From: Phoronis australis
Lineage: Eukaryota > Animalia > Phoronida
DNA: 64,000 bases
NCBI GenBank assembly: GCA_002633005.1
Contig: NMRA01000166.1
Span: 434,001-498,000 of the forward strand
Reading direction: 5' to 3'
This document shows, piece after piece, positions 12,901 through 24,900 of the stretch. Made by a program: the position numbers and the translations under genes. The stretch's first letter is position 1. Every line of letters begins with the position of its first letter. Under the pieces are notes generated by a model, which searched no databases, was not told the DNA's origin, and worked only from the letters and a program-made list of their open reading frames with translations.

Positions 12901-15900
12901 ACATGTATTGGTTCATAGGTTCGACCGGCCTACGTAAGGAACTAAACACCAATGCTATTTTAACATACTAAGTACGCGTAACATTCCAAAAAAATCAACG
13001 AGTCCACTAACTACAAACTATAAATACACTACATATGCAAACGAATCACGATATATTACTAATAAAACAAAATAAAGAAGACTTTTCGAGCAAGCCATAG
13101 CACATTCAGTTACAAGGAAAAAAATAGCGGCGTTCAGGACAAGTTCCTGAACTGATGAGCCGGAAATAAGGGCATGGAAATAACCGATGACAACCGGTAA
13201 TCATACGCTCAGAGAGAAGGGTCAAATACTGTTGAAAAATAGCTTTTGGCAAGAAAGGAGAAAAGAATATAAAGAAAGGGTGTCGAAAATAAGAATTTAT
13301 GTAGTAAGTATTTTCGGATACTGGAACCACATGGGCAGTTTGAGAGAAGGACTTTAACAGGCAATGGGGCTATTCGACAATCTTGACATTAGTAGAGGCT
13401 CGCTGGTTCCCTGCGTGCCGCTAGGAGGCCAGTAGCCAGCACGCAGGTATCACTTAAAGGGGCATGCCACCAAAAAAAACTAATTTGAATCAATTTAGAT
13501 CGAGTAGTTCTACTTCGTAACGACACGTACGGTTGCGTTACCTGACACCTGACGGCAGACCGATGTGGAAATTATCCAATGACGTCATCGGTTTCACACG
13601 CAGTCTGTTCAGCAGTTCACAACACGGGTGTCAGCTTATCGCTTGAAGTCATCGTTTAACACCAATAAATCATCAAAGTTCGATGTAAACCCTTAAAAAT
13701 ACACCGAGTTCTTATCAAAACGTGTTGTTTTATTTCGCTCTCACGGATTTATTGGTATTTGGACACACCGTAGCCTACAAAGTTCGACAGGGCAATTTAT
13801 AAGGTCCGTAACAGGAGTTTGGGGTCTGTTCGGAGATAAATTCGAAGTATCTTCTGTGAGATACTGACAAGAGAACCTAGATGTATGTTGTTTAGACTTG
13901 TGATTTTTTTAGTTCTAAACACAAAACGCTTGTTATCCTGGCCAGTGGCTCGGAGCGCGATATGGCCCGTCGGGGGCGGCCGGATTGATTCGTTATCCCT
14001 GCCAGTGGCTCGGAAACTGATCAGGCCTCACGAACATAAACCAGCCAAAGTTCAGTGAAAACTAAACTTCCAGTCAAGAAAATACTATACTAGTAAGCCA
14101 AAGTAATGTGCACCTGATTATGTTGGTGAATTAGCCACGAAACTGCAAATCTACTTACTCGTCGGGGGCCGCAAATTCAGGTTTCGCTTTGGCACCGTCA
14201 GGGCAGAAGTTGTACATTGACAATCATTATTTGAGTAATGTAAATGTAAATAAAGATTCCCCTAACACCTAGCCGTGGGATGGAAATCGAGTTGTTTCAC
14301 AACAGTTTCTGCCAGCAAACACTAAATTAGCATGAGCTTCGACACGGCCTAGGTGTCCTATCAATTAGTTTTATTGCACCTAAAGCCGGTAACGCAGTGA
14401 TTTATTCATTGCTGGCTTCTCAAATCATTTGCACTCACGAACACTCCAAAGACATTACGAATTGCATCTAATGAGACAGACTTTGTTTCAATTTTATGTA
14501 AGTATTGGTTAGAGTGAGAATAATTCATTTTGAAACAGAACGCTCAGTAATAAACGCCAACATGACAACTCGCAATCCCGACTTAGGACTAGTTAGAGCT
14601 CAGAGTCAGTCCCGACTTCGCAGGTGGATCGTTAAGTTTTACAGGCTATCAATTCGAACAGGAATACAGTGATGAAGAAATACTAGAGAGGCACCGTGAA
14701 CAAGCTCAGACAACGGAACGTATGGAGTTATTTGGTAAGCCGGCATTCGTCAGGCACTGTCGACGTCTGCAGGCGCAATATGCAAGCCAGTGGCCTTGGA
14801 GAAATGTGAATCACAGTACCATATGAAAATGTGCAAGTGGATTGTTTGTGTGTGAAGAGGAACTATATCTGACTGGTACACCAGCTAGCCTCGTTGGTGA
14901 CTATGCCCTTTTTTAAGCAATGAGTCATGTGTGGACAAAAATTGCTTATTTCCTTTCCTGGCTTTTTTCCTTTCAGAAGAAAGACTTTACACTAACGGTA
15001 ATAACTTTTCAATTTGGTGCGCGTTATGTAGAAATGACATTCGGTGACTGCATCGATTGTCTTATTGTCAGTAAAAAGCCCGTTACTGTTACACTTTGAT
15101 GATCGAATAATTTTTTCATCAACAGGCAAGTTTGTCACTAATAATTCAAACCATAATATTTCTTCAGTTTTAAAGCCCCATACAGAGCAGTTGTGCTGCT
15201 TCTTTATAAAGCTAAAGTGATTGCCGATTACGCTTGCGAATTATCATTTTCCTGTTGACCTATAGAAATGTTCGGCGATCAAAACGAAGTATTCCCTTTA
15301 TTTGCATTTGATTTGTTTATGTGCGAAACTATTTTTAGAGATTTCTTAATAAGGCCTTTGAACAGTTTTAAGCTTTGTGTTAACTTGTCTATAACAAAAG
15401 TTCCACATGCAAGCAAAGTATGGATAAGAATCTGCTATGCACAAGATTCGAGAATAAACAATAATCAGTGTACTTAAAAACAAAATGGCAATCTGAACAA
15501 CCGCATACAAACAAAGGAACATTATTTGTTAAAGACAATTTTAATTTTCCCATGCAACATAGTCCATAATCAGGGATATCAAGAACTGACTTTCTGAATC
15601 GAGGTGTTCAATTCTTTCAGGTTATCGCTGAAGGACTGCTTCTCACTTTGTCGAAACGTAAAATAGACGATAAGGCGGCGGGCTTCAGTCGTTTCCTCTC
15701 ACCTGTAAGAGAATAGTCAAAGAAATGGAAAATTATAAAAGAAAACACAAGACAATACTACTTCTGTAAGGCAGAACTTACTTGGTATTTCATCTTCATG
15801 TTTATATGTAGAATAATCTTTGTACCCAAACCTTTTTTAAGATCTAAATTGAAATATGTGAAACAGGCTAAAAGTAATTTAAGAATGTGTATTTTTCATG

Positions 15901-18900
15901 ACCCCTAAATTGTGTTTCTGATATCAACAAGTCAAATTCATTCTAGGTGTCATTATTTATTCCAGTGCACTGTTACGAATTTACTGAATAGCTTATTCAT
16001 GTTAATTCGGTAACTATAATCTGGTAGTTCTGGGGGTGGGGTCCGCTATAAAATAAGGAAACTCACTCATCTAGAGAATTTTATTCGACATAGCATAGTT
16101 TTGAAGAGTAACTGCTGTGAAAAAAACACCCTTGACTTATGAGCGGCACGTCCCATACACCTCTTGGGAGCTCTCCCACCCAGGACAATTTATGTGAATA
16201 TGGGATGCTAGCCTACCATCCAGGTCCCGGGTGAGTTTCTGAAGAGAAACACTTAGTTACCACGAATAAACCCGTTATTCAGTGGGGGTAACTGGTGAGA
16301 ATAACAACACTGAGCGATGTCAATAGAAACTAATTGCTAAAAACTTACCAAGTAACGTGACTGTGTAGTCTCTCAATGGAAATGGATAGAACAAACGGCA
16401 CACAAGGGGCGTGAGGCTTCGGCAGCCACACACTTTTTGTCACTTGGTTGACCCTTTTGACCGCAATTCTCCACGCTTGTAGTATCCTTATATCTTTTGG
16501 GAGTTTGTGACCGCCTGTCGAAGATTTGCCCCCCCGGAAAATAGCAAAAAAGGCTTAGCGCGACGACGTATTTTGATAACAATTCCGTCTTTTTACCAAG
16601 TGTTTACGCGCAGACAACGACGCATGCGCAATTCTATCACCACTAGTACAGCAGTGACACAGCGTCGAATAGCCCCGTTGCAAAGTTTCGGACTCGTGTA
16701 ACTGAAAGAGTTTGAAAATCCCAATGGTCTATTATTTGTTTGTCTTCATTAACCGAAACACAAACAAACACTTGGCACATTTGACGACTCATTGTAAACG
16801 CTTCATATTTCATTGATTAGTTCACAAACGAAAGAACTCATACTCTGAGATAATAATCGACAAAAAGTATCCACGAACTTGCGTTTTTGAACATTCACTT
16901 TGAAGGCAAAAGCCCACATCACAGGAAAGGCATCAATGTCCGAAATTAAAAAACGAGAAAAATTGTCAAAATTGCATGGTGCATTCAAAAGTTGTCGTTA
17001 TTTATGAGTAAAATTTTGACTTTATTTCGGTTACAGATTTAAGGTGCTTAAACATTATTTTTACAAATATTCTAGCACTAAAATTTAGTAACACATATCT
17101 TTACCTACCATTCTGTACAATCCAAGAGTTTACACTAGAATTTAATCACGCAGGTGTAACTTATTGAGTGGTTAAAGTGCTCACACTGCCCGTTGGACAA
17201 CATGGCGACTTTTCTGAACTGAAAGGCATGTTCATCCGGGTACATTGTCATCGAAGGAGATTTATATTCAATACATTTGCAGACATACTGCTACAAAAAG
17301 CAGTTTTGTACATTTTACCGGTTCTCGTGTCATAAATATTGTGAATCTTCTATTTATTTCAATGTGAAATGCCCATTCAATTGACCTTGCATTCTGCTAA
17401 ATTCTGTTGAAATTGTTCTGAAATCATTTTGTTATTTGAAAATCAAAATCTGTTCAAGGTATGATTATGTGTCACGGCAGGACACATACTTCTCTAAATT
17501 CTATGCAAATGTTTCGTACCTAGTTACTTTCTACTTCAAGATATATCAAAGCAATGTTCAGAATGTGAAAAATCTTACTTGATTTACAGAAATGGTTTAC
17601 ATTTGGATTACGAAGAGTGAAGCTTATTCGAATCTTTCTGCGTCATAGCTTCACATTATTCATTATCATGCTAGTCAATTTCTAGTTTAAGTACAAAACT
17701 TTTATGAGCTCGGTTCACCCTGTATTGCTGAAAACCTCCAATGTATATTCTAAGTTACTTACTGTTGCAAAAAGCTGTTATGATCAATTTAGTTTGCGTA
17801 TTAATTTATACTGAGACAACTTTGCTAGGTGCAAGCCTTAGATAAAATACTTTTAAAGATGTCATTTTTACCTCCCATGGGAGTGAGACAACAAGTGACA
17901 AATTCAGATTTAGGTGGAATCAGTTAAACTCCAGTTAACATCCAATAAAAATGACAAAACTCAGATTTAAGTGACTGTATAATTTACGTAATGATTATCA
18001 GGTAATAAGGTGGTCGTTACCAGGGCACCAGTTACCGGCTCACAGGGGGGGGGCACAGGTTAGACGCATAAACGTCTTCCAAAGTGCTAAAACTGTCCCT
18101 GGTGTGGCAGCACAAGTTAGACTCATTTGAAAACATGCATGCAAAATATATATAATTATTTTGTTTTTGGCTAAATTAGACATAAGACGTGCAAAACAAA
18201 AACGACGCTAGAGTGCAGCATGTAAACGACGTTTCGATATTAATCAAAAGTTATCCTCTGGTACAATAGTACGCAGAAAACAAAATATCTTAACAGAATT
18301 AGATTAATAGTGAAACGTCGTTCTCAAACATGCACGTGTCATGGAAAAGTTTTGGCCAAATTTCATGAAATTTCACGAAAGAACACTAGTTATAGAAACT
18401 GCCACCAGGGGGGCAGTAGTAGTCAAAGTATCTAAAAGTTAACGTCGTCTGAGTCAGTTCTATCGGCTGCTGCTTGAAAACAAACAAGAAGTCCATATTT
18501 TTATTTTTTCATTTTCTTAGTCAGATACCAAACTGATGAAAAACATCATCGGAAATCTCCAGCACCCCGCAAACTGACCCCCAGAGCACCTAAAAAATGG
18601 TTGAAAATCAAAAACACAAAGCTGGGCAAAATTTACCGAATTGTGGCACTTCATTGAAGGTAAACGAAAATCCCTTTGAAAATTCAAAGACTGATTTCTG
18701 ATAAATACAGTGTCTACATAAACATGATAAAGATTTTTTCTTTCCCGTCCTTTTAAGCCATTTTAAAACAACTTCACAGCCTGAACCTTTTGGAACCAAA
18801 AAATGAGATATTTTGAGCCAAAATATTCATGATGCTCTAACTTAAAAAAATAATAGATAAGCATTTCGAACATATTCCACCAGGATGTATGTTCATGCAA

Positions 18901-21900
18901 TTTTTTCAAGATCTGAGTAGGTGACCCTAGAGTCGACCTGTTGTTGCTCTCGTGGAATGACACTTAAAATTCAGACTGGCGAAAATCGCGTGGAATTTGC
19001 TATTTCGGGTCGAATGTTTTCCCAAAACAAGCATCAAAACTCATGCAAACATTTATTTTCTTTCGTAACAAAAATGTACTATTCTTAGGATTCTTAGGGT
19101 GAAGGGGTCGATGATTGTGCTATTATCAAAACATTGTGAACCTGATACTGTAATTCCCAAATAGGAGTATTCAACCACCATCCGATTTCGCTCAATGCTA
19201 TTGTTATTTTTAAACACACTCTCATATTTGTGGTTGTTTATATTGATGCTACGATGCTTTACACGAAAATCATGGTAAGGGAAAAACTGCAACGGACCCC
19301 AAACCAATAGAGGCTCCCTTTGAGGAGGATCCCTAAATACGAAAGGCTTAATATCATAATTAAGGTTAGGAAAAGAGCGGTCATGGATGCTATCATTTGG
19401 TCTCCCCCTAAATGACGGTCCCCTAAATACAGGAAATAAGGGACAGTTTTTACAATTATTAGTACTCCTCCCTATCACAGGTACCACTCATTCAGAATTA
19501 ATAATCAAAGAAAAAAGAAAAAAGAGACAGTTGATTCCATTGGCACTTGCCATACATGTAGATGGGTTACTGGAAAACTAGAGTTTTCAATTCTCTTGTC
19601 TTCTTGAATTATAAAATCTGAATAAATTTTTTGTGAAATATCTATGCATAACCATCGTTGTCATTCTTTTCATAAGTATGATAATGTACGCGTTTTTATG
19701 GGGTGTACACAATAAGCTCCAAATTTTGTTTTTAAACCGCGGGCCTCCCCAATAAAAATGGGTCGGCCCCGGCCCCCATTGGATGAATCCGGCACTGGTA
19801 GTTAACGAATAATTTTCAGTCTTAACCTATATCTCTTCTTTTTTCGCTGTATATTGTCATTTTTGCCCAAATCTGAAGGATTGTTATACCTTGCCACCCC
19901 GCGTAATATGCATACGTCGGTCACCGTATAGGTTCCACCTCTGAGGCCTGTACTTAAATCATTTTTTAATGTTTATTACGAAATCTTCAATACAATGAAT
20001 ATACATTGCCCAGAAAACGTCAAGAGGCATTATATCTGGGTTAAATAAATACAAAGAAATCTATATACAATTATTATACGCATATACATAAATTAAAAAA
20101 TGATATTATGATTACGATGACATATGATAATTACGAATGTCAATATATCATTTTCATACACAATAAGTTATTTTACATGTATAGAATTCTGTCCGCTCAC
20201 ACAAAAAGATTTAATAAAGATATTTAATAAGAAATTTTGATACTATTTCGAATAAAACCTTAGTTTCATTTGGCTTGAGTTCTTGACATCCATATAGAAA
20301 AAATAATTTTGTTGTACATTTGAGGAATATTAGAATATTTTTTGTAAACATTGGCGTATTGTTCGAGTGCCTGGAAATGCTGTACCCTCTGCTCCCTGCA
20401 TACCTCACAAGCAAAAGAAAACATGAGCATTTGTCTGGGTGTCTCCACAGGAACACAGAGGCGAAATATTATTAAAATTGTTGTCTAAATTTCTCGTTGT
20501 TTAGGAATAGACCGGATCTTAAGTACTTTGAAATATATAAAAATCATTGAGAGCATATGTCCCCGCTTCCTACAGCCCTGATATTCAATGAATGTATTAA
20601 TTAGTTTGAAACAATTCATAAAAGTGAGAACAGTATATGGCTGTTTAAGTTTACTTAGCAGATTGCTTCAATGTTTTCAAAAAGTTGGGCATTACCTTGT
20701 AGGCAGTATACGGTCTCAGCTCATTCACCTCGATAAAATTCAGATCCGTGCGCAGACGATCAAACTTAATCCACGTGTTGTTTGGAACGCAAAGGTACCG
20801 CCACTGTAGCATGTAGCTCACACCGGGAACAGACGTCACGTTATACAGTACATGCAAGGAAACGTTACTGATGGAGAGGAAGGACGGTTCTTGGATTTGT
20901 CCAATCAGTTCTGAAACACAAAAATACACCCTTTTTGTAATCTGTTTTCTGTGGATGTACAACACTGATACAGAGTGGAAAACTACGTTTTGGCACAATT
21001 GAAATTTCTGTTTACAAAACTGTCACACTGGAAATTTTTGACTGAGCGTTTCTTGGAGTCGTTAGCTACAAAGCCCTCCGTTAAGTAGGTCATTAAGGCC
21101 GTTAATGGGGCTATGGGGTGTCCCTGCTGTACTAGTGGTGATTGAATTGCGCATGCGTCGCTGTCTGCATGTAAACAGCTGGTAAAAAGACGGAATCGTT
21201 TTCAAAATACGTCGTCGCGCTAACCCTTTTTTGCTATTTTCCCAGGAGCAAATGTTCGACAGGTGGTTACAAATTCCGTGAAGACCTAAGGCAGTGGCGG
21301 TTCTAGGATATCATAAGGGGGCGGGGCCCAACATTTTGTCCGGCTGGAAGCATTTGCGCAAACTGAACCACGATTGTAGATGCACATAGCACCGAATGGG
21401 GGAAGGTCGGGAGCAAACCCCCCTCCCGCCCAGGAAATTTTTCTGTTTTTTCCTCTAAAAATCAAGCATTTTCCTTGATTTCTGATGTATTATCCAAGAA
21501 TAAAAGGAAAAAAAAACACGGAGAACGTGTCACACAGGAAAAATTCACGACCTGGCTGATAGGACGCGCGTGCTTTACCACTACACCACCACGACTTCAC
21601 TAATAAACGTAAACTAAGAGGCCTACTTGTTTATGGTCCACAACGTTTGCGCGCGAAACCTACTTCTTTTTGTAATGCTTATTACACGTTTTTTATTTTG
21701 TGCAATCGGTTCTTAACAAATTTGTTGTATTTAAAATAGTCTTCAAATGCCCAAAAGACCAAATCCGTTTTTCGTGTTGGCAATAATGTCGGGATTGCTT
21801 TGGAAATCGTCTTAAGTTAAGGTTTGACAAAGAGAGAATTAATGAGTTTCTGAGTGATTCACTAAATCTTCGATTAAAATTCTCGTCTTACCAGCAGCTT

Positions 21901-24900
21901 CTGTTTTTTCATCCTCACTCAGGTTCCATTTTCTTTAAAAAATGAAGTAAATTTTCTCCATTGCACAGTGGAGCAGACGACGGAAACGGAGTCGTAGTGC
22001 GCAGCGCCACTGCCGGTCGCCTGGGATATCGCGAGAGAGCTTATACTTAGCCATAGTTCCGTTACGAATGCGCCGTGTTCCGAATTTGACTCTTGAAATT
22101 GGATCTGAGCCCCCCCCCTCAAACACTAAAACTGCACACATTTAAATCTTTTTTCATCCGTATAATTTTGATTACCGGGGCAAATTAATAAACTCAACAT
22201 TTCCCTACGCTCTTGCTGTCTTACTTTTTTCCGTCAGCCAAGGGGGGGGGGCAGGCCCTCTGCGCCCCCCTAAATCCGCCTATGTAAGGTTACTACATTC
22301 GTGGAGAATTGCGGTCAAAAGGGTCAACCAACTGACAAAAAGTGTGGATACTGAAGCCCCGTGTGTGCTCAATGCATTTCCATTGGGAGACTACATAACG
22401 TTACTTGGCATGCCCGCACCCAGCCTTCAATTTGGGAGGACTCGAATTCCCGGCGTTGTGGACCTTTTGCTTACAAAAGAGCGGGCAGACTAAAAAAAGA
22501 AAAAAGAAAACGGGAGCACCACTGTGAATTGCGCATTTGGCTTATTCAGTGAAATTTTTGTCCCATTTCCTCGGACTTTTTGTCTCTCGGGGCGGAACCT
22601 TTTGGCCACTTCGCCATATGGGGGCTCGTTCGAGCCCCCCGAGCCCCCCTAGGTGCGCGCATGCTTGGTACGTTTTTAGCTCTCAGTTTCTATCGACGTC
22701 GTTCGATGATGTTATCTGCACCAGTTACCCCCACTGAATAACGGATTTATTGAGTGGAACTAAGTGTTTCTTTTCAGAAACTCACCCGGGACTGGGATGC
22801 CGGGTGAGCTAGCAGCACATATTCACATATTGTCGTGGGTGGGAGTGCGCCCAATATAAGAGGTGTATGCTACGTGAAGCTCAGAAGTCAAGGGTGACTT
22901 TTTTCACAGCAGTTTCTCTTCAAAACTATGGTATGTCCGATAAAATTCTCTAAATGAGTGAGTTTCCTTATTTTATGGCAGACCCCACCCCCAGGACTAC
23001 CAGATTAGTTACCAAATCAACATGAATAAGCTATTCAGTGAATGTCGTAACATTGCATTGGAATAAAAATTGACACTTAGAATGAATTTACTCGTTGAGA
23101 TCAGAAGCACATTTTAGGTGTTATGAAAAAAAACACACTTTTAGCTTGTTTCACATATTTTAAATCAGATTTTAAATAAGATTGGGTACAAAGATTATTA
23201 GTTCCTACATATAAAATGAAGATGAAAAGTCAAGTTTGTTCTGCCTTACAAAAGTAGTTTTGTCTTGCGTTTTCTATTAGAATTTGCTAATATTTCTCTA
23301 ACTATTCTATTACAGGTGAGAGAAAACGACAGAAACCAGCCGCATGACCGTCTATTTTACCTTTGGACAAAGTTAAGAGCAATCCTTCAGCAATAACCTG
23401 AGAGAATTGAACGTAATTCAGAAAGTTAGCTGATTATGGACTTCGTTGCATTGGGAAAATTACAATTGTTTTTAACAATGTTGTTTCTTTGTATGTATGT
23501 GTTTGTTCAGTTTGCCATTTTGTTTTTAAATACACTGATTGTTGTTTATTATCGAATCTTGTGCATAGCAGATTCTTATCCAGCTAGCTAAAATTGAAAA
23601 CATTCTTTTCTTGCATGTGGAACTTTTGTTCGTAGACAAGCTAACAGAAAATTTAAAATTGTTCAAAGAAAGAAAGCTCTAAAAATAATCACACACACAA
23701 ACAAAAGAAATGCAAACAAAGGGAATACTTCATTTTGATCGCTGCACATTTCTGTAGGCCAACAGGAAAATGACAGTTCTCAAGCGTATTCGGTAATCAT
23801 TTCAGCTTTATAAAGAATAAGCACAACTGCACTATATGGGGCTTTAAAACTAAAGAAATATTGTGGTTTCAATAATTAGTGACAAACTTGCCTATTGATG
23901 ATAAAATTATTCGATCATCAAAGTGTAACATTAACGGGCTTTTTACTGACAATAAGACAATCGATGCAGTCACTGAATGTCATTTCTACATGACGCGTAC
24001 TAAATTGAAAAGTTTTTACTATTAGTATAAAACCTTTCTTCTGAAAGGAAAAGTAAATGTCACTCACGAAATCGACGCTGCTTAATCTATCGCGCCCTCT
24101 AGTTAACGTAAATTTTCCTAATAGCCCCTTTAAGCACCACTCTAATTGGTTAGTGTGTGGCAAATTGGTTCATACAAGCCAATGCAAAGCAAGGTCACTC
24201 CTGATTCTTCTGTGTTTATTTGATATACTCCTTGTATGTCTGCTTCCAGCCACTTGTGATTGATACGAATATTTCTTTAAATTGATCATTATTTAAACTA
24301 GCAAGTTTATAATTACACCCGAATTATATCGGAATTGTATAAGTCCTCTTTTTAGTTCTCATCTGTAGAATTTCTCGCTTACACTGGTCACCGCACGATG
24401 CTTATTTAGCACGCGTCGCCCTTTGTATTGATGTAGGTTTGAGCTAATGAAGTGGAAAGGCAATGGCTGTCTCAACAATGGTGGTTGTTAGTACCCCCAA
24501 TTTGGTTTTCTCTGACCTTTGTAGAGTTACAGCCTGCTACTCTGGAGAGAAGTTTTACCTTGGTACATTATAAATATTACAAAATGACTAAAAAGGTTAA
24601 CTTATTTTTATCTTCACAAAGGGACACTTCCCAAAGGAATGATATGTTTCATATTGGTTTTCGTTATTTAATTTTTAATGCCCACTTGTTTGCAAATATG
24701 ATGACCAAACTGAAGATTTGGAATCTCTGGACAATTTCGGTTGCACTTACTCTATAACAATTCTTGCTGTTTGTCAGTAATAAAAAATGAAAAGTGGTCA
24801 TAAGTTAAGTACAAGTGTTTCCTGATCAAAAATCTTGTTAAACGATATTGAAAGAATATTAAAACTGAATCCATATGATATTGTTAACTCTGATTAGCGT

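Larger units (their letters stand above)
21107..24128 (+). mobile_element. ISL2EU-like THAP element, second copy (opposite orientation), with two nested MITEs
   Basis: Ends GGGGCTAT / ATAGCCCC; colinear with the reverse complement of 14920-16676; THAP exon 2 follows tacag at 23316 (GERKRQKPAA*PSILP). Confidence 0.75.

Noticed and set aside
13130-13185. Hairpin plus CTGATGAG...GAAA resembling a hammerhead ribozyme (also ~48295-48350)
   Set aside because: No NUH triplet or stem III in the right place, and the putative stem II is not conserved between the two copies.
18005-19450. Large TIR element (similar repeat-like blocks at 42885-43620 and 53080-53800)
   Set aside because: Looks repeat-derived, but I could not pair termini or identify a TSD, so it is not annotated.
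21545-21592. tRNA gene
   Set aside because: Only an A-box-like 5' half is present; no intact T-arm/B-box or acceptor stem; embedded in a transposon. The B-box-like piece near 55073 is likewise partial.
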